Part shown: one piece after another, positions 11,820-24,006 of the stretch
Layout of the letters: every line of letters begins with the position of its first letter
How positions within the stretch are numbered: the stretch's first letter is position 1
From: Fimicolochytrium jonesii
Taxonomy: Eukaryota
NCBI RefSeq assembly: GCF_025526975.1
Contig: NW_026515696.1
Span: forward strand, 310,001-374,000
DNA length: 64,000 nucleotides
Direction of reading: 5' to 3'
Translations under genes and position numbers: made by a program
Notes under the pieces: generated by a model
Told to the model about the DNA's origin: nothing
Databases searched by the model: none
The model's input: only the letters and a program-made list of their open reading frames with translations

Positions 11820-14519
11820 ATGGACAACGCATACGGGCACCGTTCCCCAGTGACGTCGATGCAACAGGAATCACCACTCGCTGAATACGCAACTCCGCAT
11901 ATCAGTGGCATCATGTCGCATTCCCACGAAGTTCGACCACCGGTTGGTCTCGCGGCATTCCCAGAAGCGAACGTGAGTGCCAGTTCTCCGGCAGAGCAAA
12001 TTGCCGCTGGGCAGTTCATGCAACAGGACGGATACGTTCAGCAGCAACAACAGTCGTACCGGGACATCCGCCCTCAACAACAGCAACAGCAACAGCACAG
12101 TCACGCTTCTTCGGGGCAAAGCAGGAGCAGGACCGCGAACTCTACTTCGACGCCGAATCAATGCGCAAATTGTGGTACCCTGTCAACGCCGTTATGGAGG
12201 AGAGGATCTAATGGGGAGACAATATGCAATGCTTGTGGTGAGTGAGAGAACTTGGCACATCGCGGTGGAGACCGATCCTATGATATTGGTGCCCATATAG
12301 AAATGTTCATGTCTAATATGCTACCATCGTACATAGGTCTCTACTTGAAAGCTCGTCACACATATCGCCCGCAACACATGAAGAAGCGAAGGCTTTCCAG
12401 CAACAACAGCAGTACAAGCATTGTAGGCGAAGAATCTCGACAACCTCAGAGTGGCCAGCGCATATTGCAGCAGAAGCATAGTCGATCACCGTCATCAGCT
12501 CTGGCAGGCTCCAGCGATCGCATTTCCCAATACCAGGCAGACGTGCATGCACCACCCGCAAACCTCGTGAACCATCTCACTCTCACGAAGCAGCATCTGG
12601 CGACATCTGCTCCTTCGCTGCCCACCCCACCAGACGACGGCAGACACGCGTCGAAGCCAATGCTCCCTCCAAGATCTATCTCGCAGTTCGACCCTCACTT
12701 GCCATATATATCGTTCGCCGGCAGGCCGGCGAACCCCTCTTCGCATCCATCTCAACACCACCGCGTCGCCTCCTACGACGATGCACGCGTCTACAAGCAC
12801 GAACGACAACACGATATACCCTCACCGCGCATGCAGACACAAAATCGCGCACATAAAGACCCGCATTCGCTCGAACACTATCCCGAGACGTTCACCGCTC
12901 TGAGACCCGAACCTGGATTCGGCGCTGGACCGGCGCCGAAAAAGCGACGTACGAAAAGCGAATCGTTTCCTCAGTATCCGGACGGAAAATCATCGCACTC
13001 GCCTAATGCCCTTACACACCCCCGCATCCAAGCATCACAACTACATCACCATCATCGTTCATCGTCGGCGTACATTATACCAAACCATCCAGGTCTAGCG
13101 GAACTATCTCACCGCCGCTCAGTGTCAACATCATCACCGAACATCGTTAGAGCTCATAGTGGAGGCAACAGCAGTAGCAGGGGAACTACAGTAAACCCAC
13201 CACCGGAAGTGCACTGCATCAACTGCGACACGACCTCCACTCCTTTATGGCGTCGAGACGACAAAGGCAACGCGATATGCAATGCGTGTGGGCTGTACTA
13301 TAGGTTACACAACACCAACCGGCCTGTGACGATGAGCAGGGCGGTGATCAAGAGAAGGAAGAGGACGGTGCATGGGGACGTTGCGGCGCCTCAGCCACCT
13401 GCGGAGGTGCCTGCGGTAATGGCGGCGGCTATGGAAGCAAGACATGCCCAGACGGGCCCGAGTGCAGGGCACGGCTCGGCGATGGATGTGAGGCATGCGC
13501 TGATGGAAAATGCAGGGAACGAGCAGCAATTTTTACTAGCACACCAGCAGCATGAGCATGCACCGTCCGGCGGAAACGTCAAAATCCACGCCGTGCACAG
13601 ACGCAACCCATCCTACACTCTTCCCCGACCCATCATTCCACCGTCTTTCCCGCAACCCACCGGCTTGAGCTCACTCGCCATGGGCGGTACCTCCCACATC
13701 TCCTCAACACTCGAGCCCACCCAACACCAGCCCTCAACAACGTCACCACACGGCTACCTCCCACCACCCACCCTCCCACCCCTCGAATCCTTCGACCCGC
13801 ATTTCCACACCTCCCCACCCGGCAACCTCGTCCTCCCACCGCTGAGAACACTCATTCTGGGCGGTGGCGGGATGGACGGCACAGAGCAACACCATCGTCG
13901 ACATTCACCACCTTCACCCTTACGCCTCCACCGCAGTTTCCATGCACCCGAGGGGACAAGCGCGCTGGCGTCGGAGGGGAACTTCGAAGGGCGAGCGCGC
14001 TATGGTGGGTTTGAGTATGCGCACGCGTCAGCGAACGGGGCGATGTCATATTCGTCGCCTAAGCCTGCACGATCGCCGAACAAGGAGATGAAGGTAGAGG
14101 CACTCATGGACATGGATGTCGATACTGTCAATGCTATCCACACAAACACAAACACCGCGCGCCCTGGAAGCGCATCGCCACACGGCGCGATGATCTCCCT
14201 CCCTTCCATCACCGAAGCGTTTGACTCCTTCCGTCACGCCTCCCCACCACACGTCTCGTCAGCGAAAGACCTCCTGCATCGCGTGGAGAATATGCGCGTG
14301 TCGGGTGGTGACGTGAATGTACTCTACAACCAACACGAGCACCAAACAGCGAGGCCACTCCATCGCCACGACTCATCAGGCTCACCGATATCAGTCTCAG
14401 GTTCTTCACCGCATTCGTTGAGGAAGTCACCCACCTCGCCGAAGAGAGAAGAATGTGCGTCGGATGCGGAGATGAGCGCTACGCATGCGTTGATGGTTTT
14501 GGCTAAGGGTGGGCGGTAG
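11820..14519 (+). CDS. Two-finger GATA transcription factor, SreA/Urbs1/Fep1-like; 2 exons (11820-12237, 12337-14519)
   Basis: Finger 1 [32 protein letters not shown] is split by intron 12238-12336 (GTGAGT...ATAG). Finger 2 [32 protein letters not shown]...IKRRKR. Start codon is uncertain. Confidence 0.88.
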
Positions 14520-14803
14520 ACAGATAGGGGATTATGCACACACATGGTCGCTCCCGATTTTGCATAGGCGGCGGCGTAACTCCCTTTCCGCGTAACTCTC
14601 CCATATGCGCTGTGGTTTTTCAACCTACCCACTTCCTTACCCTTACTTAATACCATTATTACCAATAAAATTACCTTGATGTGTTACGACTTACAATAGC
14701 TTGGTGATTTAACACGTCGAGGAACGAGATGAGGCGTAAAACGTTCGGTTTGACGTTTGATGTACAGTGGTATCACATCAAAAAAACAACCCAAAACATC
14801 GAA

Positions 14804-14876
14804 GCCCGGTTAGCTCAATCGGCAGAGCGTGAGGCTCTTAACCTCAAGGTTGCGGGTTCGACCCCCGCATCGGGCT
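14804..14876 (+). tRNA. tRNA-Lys (CTT), copy 1
   Basis: 73-nt cloverleaf: GCCCG acceptor, TAGCTCAATCGG D-arm, TGAGG-CT-CTT-AA-CCTCA anticodon arm, GGTTCGA T-loop, followed by an oligo-T terminator. Confidence 0.97.
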
Positions 14877-15400
14877 TTCTTTTTCGTGGTCTCGCCTTCG
14901 GGTCTCTTTTTGGGTCTGTTTGTTGCATAGAGCAAATTTTGCATGGGAGGTGCTTTTGCTAGGGAGTGAAAGCCGGATTTAAATCGGAGACGGAGGCGCA
15001 AGTGCACGTGACAGCCGTGAACGCGTCCAAAACGCGTTCACGTCACGGAAGTGACAAACCCCGAAAACCGCCACAACCATTGCAAAAGATAACAGTGTGT
15101 GAATGGCGCACATTCTATTACGCTCTGAGATCAATATGTGTATGTATGAGTAGCCAGCAGCAAGCCCAGCGCATCGCAACGCAGATTCTCCATAACGTTG
15201 CGCTGGTCCGTCTGTTCATTTGTCAACGGCTCGCTTCTAGCTTTCCATTCTCCAACTTCTAAATCTACCTTCACCCAACATTTGCATTCGGCAAACCGGC
15301 AACGTGGGGCGGACGAGGCGACGGAGTACCTGTTTTTCCCAGGCTATGGTCCGCCACATTCTCGGACTAATTTGTACTCATCCGTTTTGCCTTTCCCCGG

Positions 15401-17440
15401 TCAGATAGACTTGTCGGTTCTGATGCCCGTCTTGCTTGCCGGGGTTCGTATGGTCACCTTTCGTTGATTTTCTTTAGGAATTCCAATCTCTTCCTCCGGT
15501 TGGCCGATTGCCTTCTCGACGCCCTGCACGTGGTGGAACTCTTCGCTCTGTTCCGCCATTACACGATCCTTCTGGAACTGAGGTTCCCTGTGCCTTTTTG
15601 CCTCGACCTTCCACGTAGACAGCCATCCCTCGTCATCAGGAAGGTCGAAGCCCTCTGTCTGGTGGGCGTTCCACAAATTACAGATCCATGCATAACGTTC
15701 CGCTGTTAGAACACCCGGCGTTGGTACGAGCGTGCCTAAATCCCAGATGTGCGCTATCGACATTGTTTGAGGCCATCTGGGGACAGGTATTCCTCAGAAC
15801 ATCCGTCGTACGTCCAAGGGTATGGCTTTATCTTCCAAATGTTCGGCATGTGGGCGTCGAAACTCAGCTATACGCGAATCCTCAGAAAGTCCATCGCGTC
15901 CGGAGACGTGCGGTTTCGTGTTTAGTGGTTCGAAGTTGACGTGGTGTTCACAGCTCTCTTCTTCGTGAATTCTCAGAACACTCGACGTACGCGTGTGTAA
16001 ATGCCTTGCGAGTCGTGGAGCTGAGTAAAGCGGTCGAAAGTGTGGGGCGCCGGGGTGGGCGAATGCAAATTCTCTTTTTGATGTTGGTTAGAGAGGATTC
16101 ACTGTTTTGTTCTTCCGCCAGCACTGTCATGTCTGAGATTCGAATTTGTCGCTCGTCGCTTGCTTTGCATGAACCGTCGAGTGAGAATGTCTGATTGATT
16201 GGCGGGTAAAGCCCTTCCACATCGCGGGCTTCCACAGCGGGAATGGTACTACTGGTTCCCGATGATTGACCATAGCCACTCTTCGATCGCCATTCGTCTT
16301 CGACACCTTTGACCAAGATCACTCCACGTCAGATCGCCCGTAACCCTCCACAAGCGTTACTTCTTCTCAGTCAAGACAGGTTCCAAAAGGTCGAAAAAGC
16401 CATCGGCCTACGCACGCATTGATGGCGCCGTCGCTTAGGAGACCGCGGCGCCGGTACATTCCACTTGTCCCGGATAGTTGGCTAACTGTCAGGATGTTAA
16501 GTGGAATTCGGGACCGCCCCCGGCCGTCAAGCGTTGAGCTCATGATCATTGTAGTTCAGGGATTGCCAAAGTTTCTCTTTCCGCTTGGGCCATCCTCAGG
16601 ACACCATCTAATGTGTGTTGATGTTCCCGTCCACAATGACTGCGGGGTACTTCCATGCTTCTTCAATTTCCCTCTGGTTCTTCCTCCGAAGGACCCAGGT
16701 GCCCCAGTATGCGTGGAACGCCCGTTGCTTGCCATCGACTTTCGAGGTCTAAACGGCAAAAGTCCAGGACTCGCGTGTAAACCGATTGCGCTGCGTCCAG
16801 ATTCAGGGTTGCGGCGCAGGGTCATGGCTGCGAAAACGACTTTCCAACCGGCCAAAGTGCATCCAACAACGCGTACCATTACCGGCAGACTCCGTTCTGT
16901 CGGCCATTTCCTCCCCACTGTCGCCTATCCAGATACGGCGGGGCCTCTCGATTTTGGCAAAACTCGGTTGTCTGGCATAGGCCGGTTCTCAGCGAGCCAA
17001 TGTGGCGCCATCTCCGTGGCCAGGACCGTAAGAGGGTGCCTTGCCACCGCCTTACAGAAGGGTCTAGTCACCGTAACATGCTGGTGGTAGCGGATTGATT
17101 TTTGTCGATGTTTCGACTCGTGCTGGGCAAAATGCGGAACCCCGCTCCCTCGGGTGCAGATGGTCTCCATTCCATTATCTTTCGCATCTTTTGCGTTCCG
17201 TCGGAACGATCTCCGCAAAACACGACGTCTTCATCCACAAAAACCACCAGGGGTATTTGAAAGGACAAGATAGTGGACACCGGGATGCAATGGTGAGGGG
17301 TCCTCTATTGGTAGGCCGTCCGATAGGCGCCGGTTGTTACGCTGTCCACCGGTTGATCCAATCTGATTGGCCGTACTAGCTGATAGAGCCTCTTGTGCCA
17401 AGGTACTAGTCGGTGGCACTTGCTCCCGTGGTGCTGGCCT
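15401..17440 (-). pseudogene. Possible decayed coding relic of unknown identity between the two inverted tRNA genes
   Basis: A chain of short minus-strand ORFs broken by stops and frameshifts (e.g. 15401-15763); no family recognised. Confidence 0.25.
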
Positions 17441-17707
17441 ACATCTGTTGAGACGTCCAGTGGTACGTCATATCCCGCGTGCATCGAGTTTCTTTGACTC
17501 TACCCTGCCCTCCAAGATGATCCTACCGTAGCAGCGGCTTCTCAACATTGAAAAAGAAACAAGCAACCACAACGCGTGTTCATTGACAGAAGTCCTATTG
17601 CGAGTCGCCCTCTCACCGTATCCAATCCTGATTCCAATCGCGGGATTCAACAAGGTACCGCGCACCGCAACCGATCCATGGTGATCCGGCAAGACAAAAA
17701 AAAAGAG

Positions 17708-17780
17708 AGCCCGATGCGGGGGTCGAACCCGCAACCTTGAGGTTAAGAGCCTCACGCTCTGCCGATTGAGCTAACCGGGC
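17708..17780 (-). tRNA. tRNA-Lys (CTT), copy 2
   Basis: Exact reverse complement of 14804-14876, followed by an oligo-T run on the minus strand. Confidence 0.97.
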
Positions 17781-18078
17781 CTTCGATACTTGTCCACTCT
17801 TGTAGGATTACACAAACGGAAGGCGCACGATGAATCATCAAGGCTTCACCCTCCAATTGAACGTGTTGGCAGTTCACTCCTTTCGCGGAGCACCCTTCTC
17901 CAGGTTCCTCAACCCATACATAGACAGCCTGCACATCCCCTCTCTCCGCCTGTATATGTATTGTATGTATATGCAGCATTCCTCGACCTCTTCCGATATC
18001 TGCCAGCAGACCGCTCACGGGTGGACAGCGTTTCTCAATAACTGAACAGGCATCTGGGACACTTCTCGAGGCGGAATC

Positions 18079-19008
18079 ATGTCCGACAGCGGAGATCACT
18101 CAGAACCCAACTCGGCGACCAGCTCAGATTCACCGACCCCTCCACTCCAGTCGACCGCGCACTTTTACGACGATGCGACTGTGCGTATCATCGTAGAGCA
18201 CACCGTCTTCGCCGTCCACAAGTCGCTGCTTAAAAAGTTCTCCAAGTACTTTGACACGATGTTCACCGGGCAGTGGCGCGAGGCGCAAGCATTGGGAATC
18301 AAACCTGAGGTCTCGCAAAAACAACCTGTCCACGCAATCGCGGTTTCAGATGTCACCACAGGCGCGCTGGAGCAATCTGTCGAGGCGATCGAGGATTCAA
18401 ATGTCCCCGCGGATGCTGAAAAGGTCGAGGCGATCGAGAGGCCGGACGTCACCGTGGCACCTTTACTGAACGAGATTTTCCTGGAAGATCTCGACGGAGA
18501 ACATTTCGAATCATTCCTCGATATCATCTATGAATTCAACGTGAACCTAATTACGCTCAACGTCTCCAAGCTTCTTGGCATACTGTTCACATCGGAGTAC
18601 TTGCTAGCCGATCGCATTTTCAACGCAACAAAGTTTGCACTTCGGGCGATCAAGAAGGACTGGCGCAATATCGCAGAGTTCGTTCGCGGATTACATGGGT
18701 ACAAAGAGCCTCTTGCACCATGCCTCGCATCGATCCGCAGTGAATGCGTGGAATTCTTTAGAAACGCCATGCAGTACGAGGACCGCTGCATTCGAGTGCT
18801 GCATTTCGCCGAGTCCTATCATTACCCCGAACTGCTCACTGACGAGTTCAAGGAGAAGTGGCCACGCAAACCTTTCTTGGATCTCTCGTTCCAGAACTTA
18901 TCCATCGAGTTACAACACCGTCTTCTTATGAAGTTGACCGAGTGTACATGTGGTAAGGCTGAACCTAAGGGGCATGCAGCTACGTGTCCTCGAAATCCCA
19001 CATCCTAG
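18079..19008 (+). CDS. BTB/POZ domain protein (intact, intronless) with an insert of about 60 aa in the BTB domain
   Basis: DATVRIIVEHTVFAVHKSLLKKFSKYFDTMF...WRE...IFLEDLDGEHFESFLDIIY...SEYL, then a helical C-terminal region and a Cys/His tail. Confidence 0.85.
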   Translation: MSDSGDHSEPNSATSSDSPTPPLQSTAHFYDDATVRIIVEHTVFAVHKSLLKKFSKYFDTMFTGQWREAQALGIKPEVSQKQPVHAIAVSDVTTGALEQSVEAIEDSNVPADAEKVEAIERPDVTVAPLLNEIFLEDLDGEHFESFLDIIYEFNVNLITLNVSKLLGILFTSEYLLADRIFNATKFALRAIKKDWRNIAEFVRGLHGYKEPLAPCLASIRSECVEFFRNAMQYEDRCIRVLHFAESYHYPELLTDEFKEKWPRKPFLDLSFQNLSIELQHRLLMKLTECTCGKAEPKGHAATCPRNPTS

Positions 19009-19341
19009 TAAACATATATCAACCTGCACATCCTCCAGCGGCGTATCAGAGTCTCCATCCCGTCCCCTGCGTCCTTCTGTGAATGAAACACGGCGCGAAT
19101 AGATATGTATCGCAGAAAGAAGCACCTGTCAGAAAGAAAATTTGTATATCCATACTGAGAGGCATTGTGTTTTGCTGGGGCCATATTCGTTTCCAAGTAC
19201 CATAACGGGTTGGCTCTTCATCAATACACTTTGATTACCTTCCTCTACACTGAACGCAAACTCTGCTCATGGCTGCTCCTCTTTCATACTACATTTTTCG
19301 ATCCTCGGCAATATAAGGCTGCGGGGGACTTGCAGGAACAG

Positions 19342-19542
19342 GTCTTCGTAATGGTGCTTCGTGGAGCGGGTCGGCGGAGTCGGTGGTGCAACGGCGGATG
19401 GTGTAGAAATGCTGGTTGCGCGGTTTTCGGTGATCGGCGGGGTGGGCGGGGCGTCTTGAGAAAGGCTCAAGGGTCGACATCGAGAAACGCTCAATGGTAT
19501 TCTGTCTGAGAGACCGGGTCGTTGAGCTGCGTCTCTTGGCAT
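19342..19542 (-). pseudogene. 5' fragment of a BTB paralog
   Basis: Pro/Thr-rich leader then TRSTKHHYED, matching RSTKHYYED of the 22407 paralog; similarity stops abruptly after this. Confidence 0.6.
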
Positions 19543-19937
19543 GCTGGCTATGCCGGAAACTGTAAAGGAGGAAACGGTCGATTTCGCATGTGAAAAGGTT
19601 GAAAGCCCAGATCCAACTGCCGCGCTGTCGAGTTTGGTAAAAATGACAGGTTTTTCGTGTCGCTGTGGATGAGTTCGTGGCGCCTCCGGCAAAAGATGCA
19701 AACTTGGTAATCCTCGCAAGAAATGTGCATCAAAATTGTCGAGCTTCGCTATTAGATACATCTAGAAGTTCAAAGAGAGTGTCCGCTCTCGCTTACGTCG
19801 TGTATGAATGATTTGGTCCTACGACTACCAAACAGGTCGCCTTATGCGCTCCCACGGGAACCGGCACGTGCGTCCGACCGGTGTCGGAGCACGAAAAAAG
19901 AAAAATCGCAAGGAAAATGGGTGAAGGCGCAGATGCC

Positions 19938-20662
19938 CTATACGTGTGCTCCGGTGGGCCACGACGCTTTATAATCATCTGAAGGAAACTCATCGTATTC
20001 CCACATCTCAGCAAGGTAGAGAACTTCCAGTCAGTAACCGTTCATTTGCGAGCCTAAAAACGCGCGGTATTCGTCGTGGAGTCTCTCAAAGGCCGGTAGG
20101 GCGGGCAGTCGGCACAGACCCTGCAAACACGGGTAGAAACCGCCCCAGGTGCTCGGGCGTACTGCTAAAGTGGTCCTCGGTCTTCTTCAGAAATTGATCG
20201 GCCTGTAGATAATTGCATGTGTAAAGCAAATCAAACAGCTCCACGATTGTCAACGACGACATATCGACTCTGAATGGCTCGTAGATGATGTCAAGAAGAG
20301 GTCAAACTCGGCCTTGGTGAGGCTCTGCAACGGTATCGGGGTGAGAGAGACGTCGTCCAAAGAGCCTGGTGATTCGCGCCAGGGTCCGTCGAACATCGTA
20401 CTAAAGTACGTAGAGGACTTCTTCAGCAGAGATTTGTGGAGCGCAGAGATTGTGTCCTCCACCAGGACCGTGGCGTCTTTGTAGAGGTGTTTTGCTGAAG
20501 GTGTTGTGATGGATGGCGCAACAGACTCGATTGTCGGATTTGTTGAGGCTGTTTTGGTGATCGGGTCAGGAGCGGCAGGTTGAGAGGTAATCGAATTCCG
20601 ACGGGCACTGCGGATCTTTCTGACGTACGACCGCTTCGTTGCGCGCCGCTCCTAGTCTGCAT
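19938..20662 (-). pseudogene. BTB paralog pseudogene (several frameshifts and stops)
   Basis: Across frames it reads SAKHLYKDATVLVEDTISALHKSLLKKSSTYFSTMFDGPWRE...EFDLF/DIIYEPF...CNYLQAD...VLYLAEMWEYDE...WP. Confidence 0.8.
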
Positions 20663-21103
20663 GGCGCTTATGGTTGCTGAACGGCAGACGGGTTGCGTGA
20701 TTGAGACTCCGGGGCAGTTTAGTTATGTTCAAGAAAGAAGCCGAGGCGAACACAAGTTGGGTGAGTTATGTACATCCGCCGCGCTGTCGATTTTGTCTCA
20801 TTCTCACAAAATGACAGGTGTTTTCCTCATTTCTTGCGCTAAGTTTTCGCCGTTATTATGCGGTCCCTTCCTGTTTGCGAATGCGTCAAGTAAAAGCGAC
20901 CGAGTGCCAAGGTGCGACTCATATGTTTAAAATACTCGATTTATTTTCCCAGCTTATCATTCAGGTAGAGGTAGAGAGTCGGAAGCCGACTTCTGGACCT
21001 CCTTAAAACGCAGTACAGAACGCAATTCGGTTATCGGGATAGCAAGGGAGATTTAGATCAGGCGGCACAGTGATAATAGAAGCACCCACCACAATGGCCG
21101 CCG

Positions 21104-21850
21104 TTAACTGAAGCAACAAGGGTTCTCAAACACCTGGTTGTATAGAAGACGGTATCGCAGCTCGAAGGACAACATCTCGAAGTGCTCGTCTGTACGCAGT
21201 TTCCTGGGCCACTGGTGCTGGTAGTCATCCGAAAGAAGCTCGGAGATACCGTATTGCTCGGCAATGTAGAGGACGTGCACCCGATTGGCGGGGCCGGCCC
21301 TTTTCAAGAAAGCGACGCACCGGACCTGAACCGCTTTGAGGCTTGGTATATTTTCTGAATGGGCGTTCTTAAGTGCGCCGAGGTAATCACAGATGTTATC
21401 CCAGTTTATGCCAAGTTTTCGAAGGGCTTGTTGTCCTACTTCCGAGAACTTTTCAGCCAGCAAATATTCGCAAGCAGAAAGCAGACTGACAATTTGTGAG
21501 ATTTCGAGCCACGATAGCTTCGAATCGACATCGAAGTCATAGATGAGATCGAGAAAGATATCGAACTCATCCTTCTTTAATCCCCTCAGCTGCACTTCAA
21601 TTGGGCAAGTGGCCGAGACAAGTTTCGAGTCGTTCGTCCCCCGGACAGGGTTCGTTTCGCGCCACGGTCCGGCGAAAAGAGTCTCGAAATACATGGAATA
21701 TCTCTTGAGGAGCGACTTGTGAACCGCAAACTCTTTGTCCTCCACGATTACCAGCACGGTGGCATCCTCGTAGTTGTGTTTCGCAGAGCGACTTCGAGTG
21801 CCGGTCAACAAATTCGAAGCGTCGACGGGGACTTGATCGTCGTCGGACAT
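21104..21850 (-). CDS. BTB/POZ domain protein; Cys/His tail cut off by a terminal frameshift (tail continues to 21058 in another frame)
   Basis: HNYEDATVLVIVEDKEFAVHKSLLKRYSMYFETLFAGPWRE...EFDIFLDLIY...CEYL...VHVLYIAEQY...WP...LSFELRYRLL. Confidence 0.82.
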   Translation of the reverse strand: MSDDDQVPVDASNLLTGTRSRSAKHNYEDATVLVIVEDKEFAVHKSLLKRYSMYFETLFAGPWRETNPVRGTNDSKLVSATCPIEVQLRGLKKDEFDIFLDLIYDFDVDSKLSWLEISQIVSLLSACEYLLAEKFSEVGQQALRKLGINWDNICDYLGALKNAHSENIPSLKAVQVRCVAFLKRAGPANRVHVLYIAEQYGISELLSDDYQHQWPRKLRTDEHFEMLSFELRYRLLYNQVFENPCCFS

Positions 21851-22406
21851 GTCGGTTGCTCGGCGGTCCGCTGAAGCTCGAGAGGGTTTAGGCGAAGACT
21901 GAGCGTGCAGTGGGCTCTAGCTTCAAGTGATAGGCGGTAGGGAGCTGATATACGGTTCAAACAGACTCTTGGGAAGGTAGGGAAGGACAGCGCAGGATGT
22001 GAAGTGGAATACCGTCTCCACGATGGAGGTGAAACAGCTCGATGTCCGACACACCTCCGCAGAATCCTTTCACCGCCCTGTGTCGCCCCGCTGACATTTA
22101 GATCTCCGCTGCAATGCATTCTCTGCGCAACATGCGAGGAGAAAGGGCAGACAATGACGGTGAGTTACATCAATGCGGATTGCATTTCATACTCACGCAC
22201 ATTTGGTTTGTGGAGAGGAGGGTGCTCGAGCAGACCATCAGCCAGTGGTTTCAACTCCACAGAGAAACGCATAGGCATCAGTTCCCGCCGGGGTTTCCTG
22301 GTTCAACTGCCGCACTCCAACGATCTTTTTTTCCCGTTCTCTCTCGCGCCTTCTTTCTTCATATTCTACTGCACCAGTCTATCTACATCCAGACTCGTTG
22401 GCGAAG

Positions 22407-23468
22407 ATGTCCGACGGCGAGAAACCCGAATCGGAAACCGACTCCACTTCCCACGCTCAATCCCTAATCCGCTCCACCAAGCACTATTACGAAGACGCAA
22501 CGGTATATGTAGTTGTCGAGGATACGGTTTACGCAGTGCATAAATCCTTGCTCAAGAAATTCTCCAAGTACTTCGATGCGATGTTTATGGGTCCGTGGCG
22601 CGAGGCACAAACCGGTGTGGAGAAGGCACCTTTCGATGTGAGGGGGGTGGTAATCAGAGGCGCTAAATCGATCGCGAAGCTTTTCACACTCCCTTGGCGC
22701 AAGAAAAATGTCGTGGAAACTCCCGACGAGCAGAAGGAGCCTGTTTCTGCGCCCGAGGCACTAGACTGTGCAGAAATTAAGGAGATTTTCAGTCAATTGC
22801 CTACTGCGGTGATGCTGTACATTCTCTTGAAAATGATTTGTCTCGACTTCGCCGCCTTGTTCAAAAGTCTCATCATCAGAGTGGTTCAACGGTTCATCGC
22901 CGTCGCCACCGAGATTAGGCCTGCGGCGCACGCTCTGAGTGAGGTTCATCTGAAGGATTTGAGGAAGGAGGAATTCGAGCTCTTGCTGGATGTGATATAC
23001 AACCCCGTTGAAGTGCAGATCGAGTCGCTCGAAATATCGCAACTTCTCATTCTCCTCTTCACAACCGAATACCTGCAATGCGACGGATTTCAAGATGCGG
23101 CCAAAAGATCGATCGAGAAACATAAGAAAAACTGGGACAATATCAATGAGTTCTTCGCCGCGCTAAGCGATACACCGGCTGTGGCAAGCCTCGAAGGGAT
23201 CCGCAATGACTGTTTGGTCTTCCTCAAATCGGCTGCAAATGATAGATGGGTTCATGTCTTGCATATAGCCGAGCAGTATGAAGTTTCGGAGCTGCTCTCC
23301 GACGAGTTGAAGTCAAAGTGGCCCATCAAGCCGTGGAAGAGTCCTATTTTCAAGCAACTGTCGATTGAGCTGCAGAACTGGCTTTTGCTGAATTACACCG
23401 TGCATCCATGTTCGCCCCAGTACTGCGCAAAGTATCACTGCTGTGGGTGCCCGCGTTATGAGTCGTAG
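22407..23468 (+). CDS. BTB/POZ domain protein (intact) with a partly hydrophobic insert of about 105 aa
   Basis: HYYEDATVYVVVEDTVYAVHKSLLKKFSKYFDAMFMGPWRE...VHLKDLRKEEFELLLDVIY...TEYL; tail PCSPQYCAKYHCCGC. First ATG is at 22407. Confidence 0.85.
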   Translation: MSDGEKPESETDSTSHAQSLIRSTKHYYEDATVYVVVEDTVYAVHKSLLKKFSKYFDAMFMGPWREAQTGVEKAPFDVRGVVIRGAKSIAKLFTLPWRKKNVVETPDEQKEPVSAPEALDCAEIKEIFSQLPTAVMLYILLKMICLDFAALFKSLIIRVVQRFIAVATEIRPAAHALSEVHLKDLRKEEFELLLDVIYNPVEVQIESLEISQLLILLFTTEYLQCDGFQDAAKRSIEKHKKNWDNINEFFAALSDTPAVASLEGIRNDCLVFLKSAANDRWVHVLHIAEQYEVSELLSDELKSKWPIKPWKSPIFKQLSIELQNWLLLNYTVHPCSPQYCAKYHCCGCPRYES

Positions 23469-24006
23469 TTTACTTCCCGTTTGCGGTGTCGAAGCATTAG
23501 CGTTGCACCTATTTGTAGCATGGCGAACCTCGTTGTGAATGTACATACATGTGACCTCATTGTCAAATCCATGCGAGCAATGCGTACCGCAGCCTCCATG
23601 CGTACCATTCGTATGAGCGGCACATTGGCTACATCGCTTGTTTTCTCATGCGACGAAGAACGCTCGTCTCATTCAAAGGTACCAGAAGGTCCGGAAAGCT
23701 ACGTAAGTCACCGTCACTCTGATTCGCGGTATATCCAACCATGACATCAAGAAGAGTGTATCGTGCAGATGCGATGCGGGGGAAGTCAATCCAGTCCGCT
23801 TGCTCTTCTTGTCGCCGGATGTCTCTCACACGCCATGTTCTGCTTCAAACCTAATAGATCATTGATGCGCCAGTGCACGCAAGTACCCCAAGGGGGTTGC
23901 AGCTACTTTACGTGCCTAGTCATTCTACGCCACTAGACAGATATGGAATCTACAACTAGGCATCCAGTGCAGTGCTTGCCGTCTGAATACTATGTAGTGT
24001 TTGCCC

